From an uncultured Clostridia bacterium (lineage in GTDB: Bacteria > Bacillota > Clostridia > Oscillospirales > Acutalibacteraceae), in NCBI GenBank assembly GCA_946405565.1, contig CAMJHU010000001.1, forward strand, positions 1 to 26,989: a stretch of DNA of 26,989 nucleotides, written 5' to 3'. The position numbers and the translations under genes were made by a program. This document shows, piece after piece, positions 22,776 to 26,989 of this stretch. Each line of letters begins with the position of its first letter. The first letter of the stretch is position 1. The notes beneath the pieces are model-generated. The model worked only from the letters and a program-made list of their open reading frames with translations, was not told the DNA's origin and ran no database searches.

Positions 22776-25232
22776 ATGAAAAAATATCGTTTTGGCATTA
22801 TCGGTACCGGTCGGATTTGCCATACGTTCTGCAAGGCGCTGGCGCTCACGGATTATGCTGAGGCGAGCGCGGTCTGTTCGCGCAGTATGGAGCGTGCGCA
22901 GGCGTTCGCTGCGGAATTCGGTATCGCTCTCGCATATGACGATGTAGATGCCATGGTTCGGGATGAAAACGTGGATATTGTGTATATCGGTACACCACAC
23001 ACCGATCACGCCGACTCAGCGCTTGCCGCCATTTGCGCCAATAAGGCGGTTCTCTGTGAGAAGCCGATGGCGCTCAATGCCAAACAGGCGGAAATGGTAA
23101 TCAACGCCGCAGTGAAAAAGAAGGTCTTTTTCATGGAAGCGATGTGGACACGCTTCTTGCCTGCTATCGTCAATGCGTATGACTGGATCGGTGAGGGTCT
23201 GATCGGAGAGGTTAAGGAGGTCAATGCTTCTTTTTCGCGCAAGACCAAGTATGATACCAAGGACCGTCTGATTGCGCCCGAATTGGGCGGCGGCGCGCTG
23301 CTGGATTTGGGCATTTATACCATCTTCCTGTCGCAGTGGCTGCTGGGCGGACGTCCCGGTGATATCCGCTCCACATCCGTTCATTGTGAGAACGGCATTG
23401 ATTGGATGTCCTCCGCTGTGATGAAATTTTATAAGGGCGGTACCGCTTCGATTTCCTGCGGCTTCGAGTACGACAGTCATCACGCGGAAATCACCGGTGC
23501 GGAGGGTATGGTAGTGATTCCCGAATTCAACTGTGCCCGCAGCGCGTATGTGATTCGTGACGGCAAAATTATCCGGGAATACAGTGATGAGGACAGCCTT
23601 GAAAAGAAATATACCTATGAGATACGTCATGTGGTCGATTGTCTGAATAAGGGATTGCTGGAGTCTCCGCTCTATCCCACATGGCAGTCCTATGATATTC
23701 TCCATACCTGTGACCGCCTGCGTTCCGACTGGCGGCAGGTGTATCCGGGCGATAACCATGTGCCCGCACCGCCCAAAAAGAAGAAGAAAGCCGCGTCGGT
23801 TGCTCTGGCAAAAACGGCGGAACAGACTGCGGATGTCGCGGAAAATGCGGTTTCCTCTATCCGGGAACGCGTGAAGGCACGGGAAAATGCGCTCGATGCC
23901 CCGGACTGGTATCGTGACGCCGCTTTTTATCACATCTATCCGCTGGGTTTCTGCGGCGAAAACCGTTATAATGACTTCACTTCCGCTCCGACCGGCAAAC
24001 TCAAAACGCTGCTGCCCTATGTCGATTATCTTTGTGAGCTGGGCGCCAACGCGGTGTATTTCGGACCTGTGTTTGAATCCACCAAGCATGGCTACGATAC
24101 GGCGGATTACCGTGTGATTGACCGTCGGCTTGGTACCAACCGCGATTTCTTTGAAGTCTGTGAGAAGCTGCATCAGCGTGGCATCAAGGTCATTCTCGAC
24201 GGCGTGTTTAACCATGTGGGACGCGATTTCTGGGCGTTTAACGATGTGAAACAGCATCGCTGGGATTCGCCCTATAAAGATTGGTTCAATATCAATTTCG
24301 ACGGCAATTCGAATTATAACGACGGCTTCTGGTATGAGGGCTGGGAGGGGCATTATGACCTTGTCAAGCTCAACCTCCGCAATCCGAGTGTCAGAGGACA
24401 TATTTTCAGCTGCATTGAAGGCTGGGTGCATGAATTCGGCATTGACGGTCTGCGTCTTGACGTTGCCTATTGCTTGGATCGTGACTTCCTGCGTGAGCTG
24501 CGCACCTTCTGTAAAGACCGCTGGCCGCAGTTCTTCCTGTTGGGCGAGTGTCTCCACGGCGATTACAACATCTGGTGCAACGACGCCATGCTGGATTCCG
24601 TGACCAATTACGAGTGCTACAAAGGACTGTATTCTTCTTTCAATTCCGCCAATATGCACGAAATCGGCTATTCCCTTAACCGTCAGTTTGCCGATGATCA
24701 GTGGACGATTTACAAAGGCAAGAATCTTTATTCCTTTGTGGATAATCACGATGTGACTCGTATTTCCTCCATTCTCACCGACAAGACCAATCTCCCGCTG
24801 GTTTATGCATTGCTTTTTGCTATGCCGGGTATTCCCGCGGTGTATTATGGCAGCGAATTTGGCATCGGCGGTGACAAGGGTCAAGGCGATGACGCGCTGC
24901 GTCCCGCGTTTTCTGCCGAACGGGCGGAATCCGCCAAGAGTAACAACACCCTCTGGGAAACTGTCAGCCATCTCTATGCGGTGCGTAAGGCATCTCCCGC
25001 TCTCTGCCGCGGCAGCTATAAGCAGCTTCACATCAACTCTAGGCAGTTGGTATTCCGCCGTGAATTTGACGGACACCGCGTAATTTTCGCCCTGAACATG
25101 GATAATGCTCCCTATGTGGCGCATTTTGACGCAGGCGCGGGAAGCGGTACCGATTTGCTGACAGGGCAGACAATCGATTTTGGCAGTGGTCTGAATATTC
25201 CCGCCAAAACCGCCTATCTCATTCATATCTGA
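22776..25232 (+). CDS. Fusion of a Gfo/Idh/MocA oxidoreductase (N-terminal ~330 aa) and a GH13 alpha-amylase-family glycoside hydrolase (C-terminal ~440 aa)
   Basis: Gfo part: GIIGTGRI, VYIGTPH, LCEKP, MEAMWTRFLP and GGGALLDLGIY. GH13 part: FYHIYPLGF, HGYDT, DGVFNH (region I), GLRLDVA (II), GECLHG (III) and FVDNHD (IV). A single uninterrupted frame. Confidence 0.92.
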   Translation: MKKYRFGIIGTGRICHTFCKALALTDYAEASAVCSRSMERAQAFAAEFGIALAYDDVDAMVRDENVDIVYIGTPHTDHADSALAAICANKAVLCEKPMALNAKQAEMVINAAVKKKVFFMEAMWTRFLPAIVNAYDWIGEGLIGEVKEVNASFSRKTKYDTKDRLIAPELGGGALLDLGIYTIFLSQWLLGGRPGDIRSTSVHCENGIDWMSSAVMKFYKGGTASISCGFEYDSHHAEITGAEGMVVIPEFNCARSAYVIRDGKIIREYSDEDSLEKKYTYEIRHVVDCLNKGLLESPLYPTWQSYDILHTCDRLRSDWRQVYPGDNHVPAPPKKKKKAASVALAKTAEQTADVAENAVSSIRERVKARENALDAPDWYRDAAFYHIYPLGFCGENRYNDFTSAPTGKLKTLLPYVDYLCELGANAVYFGPVFESTKHGYDTADYRVIDRRLGTNRDFFEVCEKLHQRGIKVILDGVFNHVGRDFWAFNDVKQHRWDSPYKDWFNINFDGNSNYNDGFWYEGWEGHYDLVKLNLRNPSVRGHIFSCIEGWVHEFGIDGLRLDVAYCLDRDFLRELRTFCKDRWPQFFLLGECLHGDYNIWCNDAMLDSVTNYECYKGLYSSFNSANMHEIGYSLNRQFADDQWTIYKGKNLYSFVDNHDVTRISSILTDKTNLPLVYALLFAMPGIPAVYYGSEFGIGGDKGQGDDALRPAFSAERAESAKSNNTLWETVSHLYAVRKASPALCRGSYKQLHINSRQLVFRREFDGHRVIFALNMDNAPYVAHFDAGAGSGTDLLTGQTIDFGSGLNIPAKTAYLIHI

Positions 25233-25255
25233 ATGACTTGAAGAAGGTCTGACCG

Positions 25256-26761
25256 ATGAAAACGATGATGAAAATCGCGGCATGTCTCGTCACCGGATGC
25301 CTGCTACTGGGTATCCTCACAATGGCGCGGGTTCCCGCTGATATGCTGTCAGAGGACTGCATTCTGGTGGATCAACCATCCGTGACGATAGACGAGCAGG
25401 CGATTTATCAGGAATTGTTTGATCCGCACAGCCTGGTGGAAATCGAGCTTCATATGAGCAAGGAGCAGGTGGCGGATATTCAGAGAGAATACGAATACTA
25501 CCGCCAGGTCGGTGCCAAATCCACCACCTATCGTATCGCCGACAGCGTTACCTTTACGATCAACGGTAAGAAGTACGTCATCGAGGAAGTGGGCGTTCGC
25601 ATGAAGGGCGCCAAATCCCGCTGCAATTTTTACAATGACGTTCTGGGCGTTTACAATCTGACCAATCTTCTTATTAGTTTTAATCAGACTTTTGACGATA
25701 CGAATGAATACGGATTGGAAACACGGGTATGGAACAGTAAGCAGGAACGGAAAAAACGGGAAAACCGAACCTTTGCCACGCTGCAAACCATGGAGCTGAA
25801 ATGGAACCAGACCGCCGACAATACCTATGTGCGCAACAGTTATGTTCATGAGGTGTTCCGTTCCAATGGCATACCCGCGCAGCAATGCCGGCTTACCACC
25901 CTCTCAATCCGAGGGTGTAAGATGGGAATTTTCCGGTTGTTTGAACCGGTAGACGAGACATTTATAAGACGATATTTTTTACCGCGAGACTGGGGCGGCG
26001 ATTTGTATAAAGCCAAAGGCACGGAAACTTCACTTGCCACCTTTCGTCCGTATACCACCTATGGCGTTGTGAAAAAGGATAAATCCGAATATTACAATTA
26101 TGACTTGCACACCAATATCCTCACCTCTGAACATGAAAGCCTGCGCCATTTGATCGAAGTGGTCAACCGTCCCCAGGTGACCAGAGAGGAACTGGAAAGC
26201 GTGATCGACACCGACTGGCTTTCGCGCTTTACAGCCATTAATTTCGCGATGGGTAATATGGATGATCTGCGCTGCAATTATAACAACTATTTTGTCTACT
26301 TCCGGGGGAGCGACGGAAAAGCCGTATTTATCCCTTACGACTGTGAGATTGTCATGGGCGCGATTTATTCCTGGAACACGCCGGGAAGAGGTCTTACCGA
26401 GGTTTCGCCCTATTTTACATCTCATTTCGAGTTTAGCATCGAGCAGGATAATCCGATTATGCTTCAGGTCATTCTTCCAGACGGCTATTACAACGACCAA
26501 TATAACGCCTTTTTACGGGATATCGTCCAAAGCAAATGGTTCCGTCCCGCGACCTTTGAAGCCTATTACCGTCCCATCGCCGTCAATTACAGCGATAAAG
26601 TGATTTCCAAGTACAACTATATGAGCACGATTCATATGAATCTCGATTTTTCGATGGAAGGCGGTCCGGCATACAATGGCAACCTGTCCATTGCCGAATT
26701 TATGGAGAAAATGAAGCAGAACATCGAACGGAATGTACCTCCGGCTGAGACGGAATCGTGA
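25256..26761 (+). CDS. CotH-family atypical protein kinase with an N-terminal hydrophobic/signal segment
   Basis: VGVRMKGAKSR, YVRNSYVHEVFRSNGIPA, YRLFEPVD-like FRLFEPVDETF, GDLYKA, MGNMDDLRCNYNNYFVY and FIPYDCE resemble CotH kinase motifs. Confidence 0.8.
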   Translation: MKTMMKIAACLVTGCLLLGILTMARVPADMLSEDCILVDQPSVTIDEQAIYQELFDPHSLVEIELHMSKEQVADIQREYEYYRQVGAKSTTYRIADSVTFTINGKKYVIEEVGVRMKGAKSRCNFYNDVLGVYNLTNLLISFNQTFDDTNEYGLETRVWNSKQERKKRENRTFATLQTMELKWNQTADNTYVRNSYVHEVFRSNGIPAQQCRLTTLSIRGCKMGIFRLFEPVDETFIRRYFLPRDWGGDLYKAKGTETSLATFRPYTTYGVVKKDKSEYYNYDLHTNILTSEHESLRHLIEVVNRPQVTREELESVIDTDWLSRFTAINFAMGNMDDLRCNYNNYFVYFRGSDGKAVFIPYDCEIVMGAIYSWNTPGRGLTEVSPYFTSHFEFSIEQDNPIMLQVILPDGYYNDQYNAFLRDIVQSKWFRPATFEAYYRPIAVNYSDKVISKYNYMSTIHMNLDFSMEGGPAYNGNLSIAEFMEKMKQNIERNVPPAETES

Positions 26762-26802
26762 ACCGTGCCGCGGTGAATTTGCGTGTGGAATCCAAAACAG
26801 GA

Positions 26803-26836
26803 AAAAGCGGTTGTTCCGTAGGGAACAGCCGCTTTT
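26803..26836 (+). terminator. Intrinsic terminator after the CotH-like gene
   Basis: AAAAGCGGTTGTTCC-gtag-GGAACAGCCGCTTTT (15-bp stem, one G-U pair). Confidence 0.85.
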
Positions 26837-26841
26837 CCGCT

Positions 26842-26989
26842 TTACAAGATGAGATGATAGCAAAACTTAAAGGAAACCTAAACAATATCATATCAACTTG
26901 TGAATCTAGTGGTGTAGATATAAATTCTCTAGAAGGAGATATAGCAAGTCAAGTCAATGAATTATCTGATAAAATTAAAAAACTTGAGG
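26842..26989 (+). other. AT-rich foreign-looking segment with an open frame running off the window end
   Basis: 41 G+C in the 139 nt from 26851 to 26989 (~30%), versus visibly GC-rich genes upstream. Open frame LQDEMIAKLKGNLNNIISTCESSGVDINSLEGDIASQVNELSDKIKKLE uses ATA/CTA/TTA/AGT codons. Confidence 0.7.

Noticed and set aside
24737-24745. DnaA box (TGTGGATAA) inside the GH13 domain
   Set aside because: It coincides with the conserved FVDNH codons, so protein constraint explains it.
23016-25283. 755-aa antisense ORF, and similar long antisense ORFs at 3667..4512, 5681..6385, 6875..7939, 9101..10153, 11497..12573, 13193..14773 and 14900..16243
   Set aside because: Each lies opposite a well-supported gene and shows no recognisable motifs. 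Long antisense frames are expected in GC-rich coding DNA with biased third positions.

Overview
This window is chromosomal DNA from a moderately GC-rich, probably spore-forming clostridial bacterium (Oscillospiraceae/Ruminococcaceae-like, inferred from gene content and protein styles). In order it carries: a 5'-truncated GNAT, a YmfI-like SDR and a CE4 polysaccharide deacetylase; a minus-strand operon (DUF5685, J-domain/TPR/Cys-tail protein, membrane protein); a CwlD-like amidase; era, yqzL-like, recO, GNAT, mutS2, SMI1/KNR4 and a membrane-anchored protein; an ECF sigma factor with a DUF4179 anti-sigma; a class I lysyl-tRNA synthetase fused to a MetG-C/Trbp111-type tRNA-binding domain, followed by tmk, a DUF2156 protein and an Eis-like GNAT; DJ-1/PfpI, 5-formyl-THF cyclo-ligase and mltG with a 39-bp tandem repeat; an 818-aa Gfo/Idh/MocA oxidoreductase-GH13 fusion; and a CotH-family kinase. 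The last ~145 nt switch abruptly to ~30% GC foreign-looking coding sequence. I saw no tRNA, rRNA, CRISPR array, transposase or integrase. The best candidates for an undescribed system are: (i) DUF5685, which has two isoprenoid-synthase-like Asp-rich motifs and is co-transcribed with a J-domain protein ending in 10 Cys within 32 aa and a terminal CC; (ii) the LysRS1 fusion and the downstream DUF2156-GNAT pair; (iii) the oxidoreductase-amylase fusion. All family calls come from motif recognition by eye; no database searches were run.
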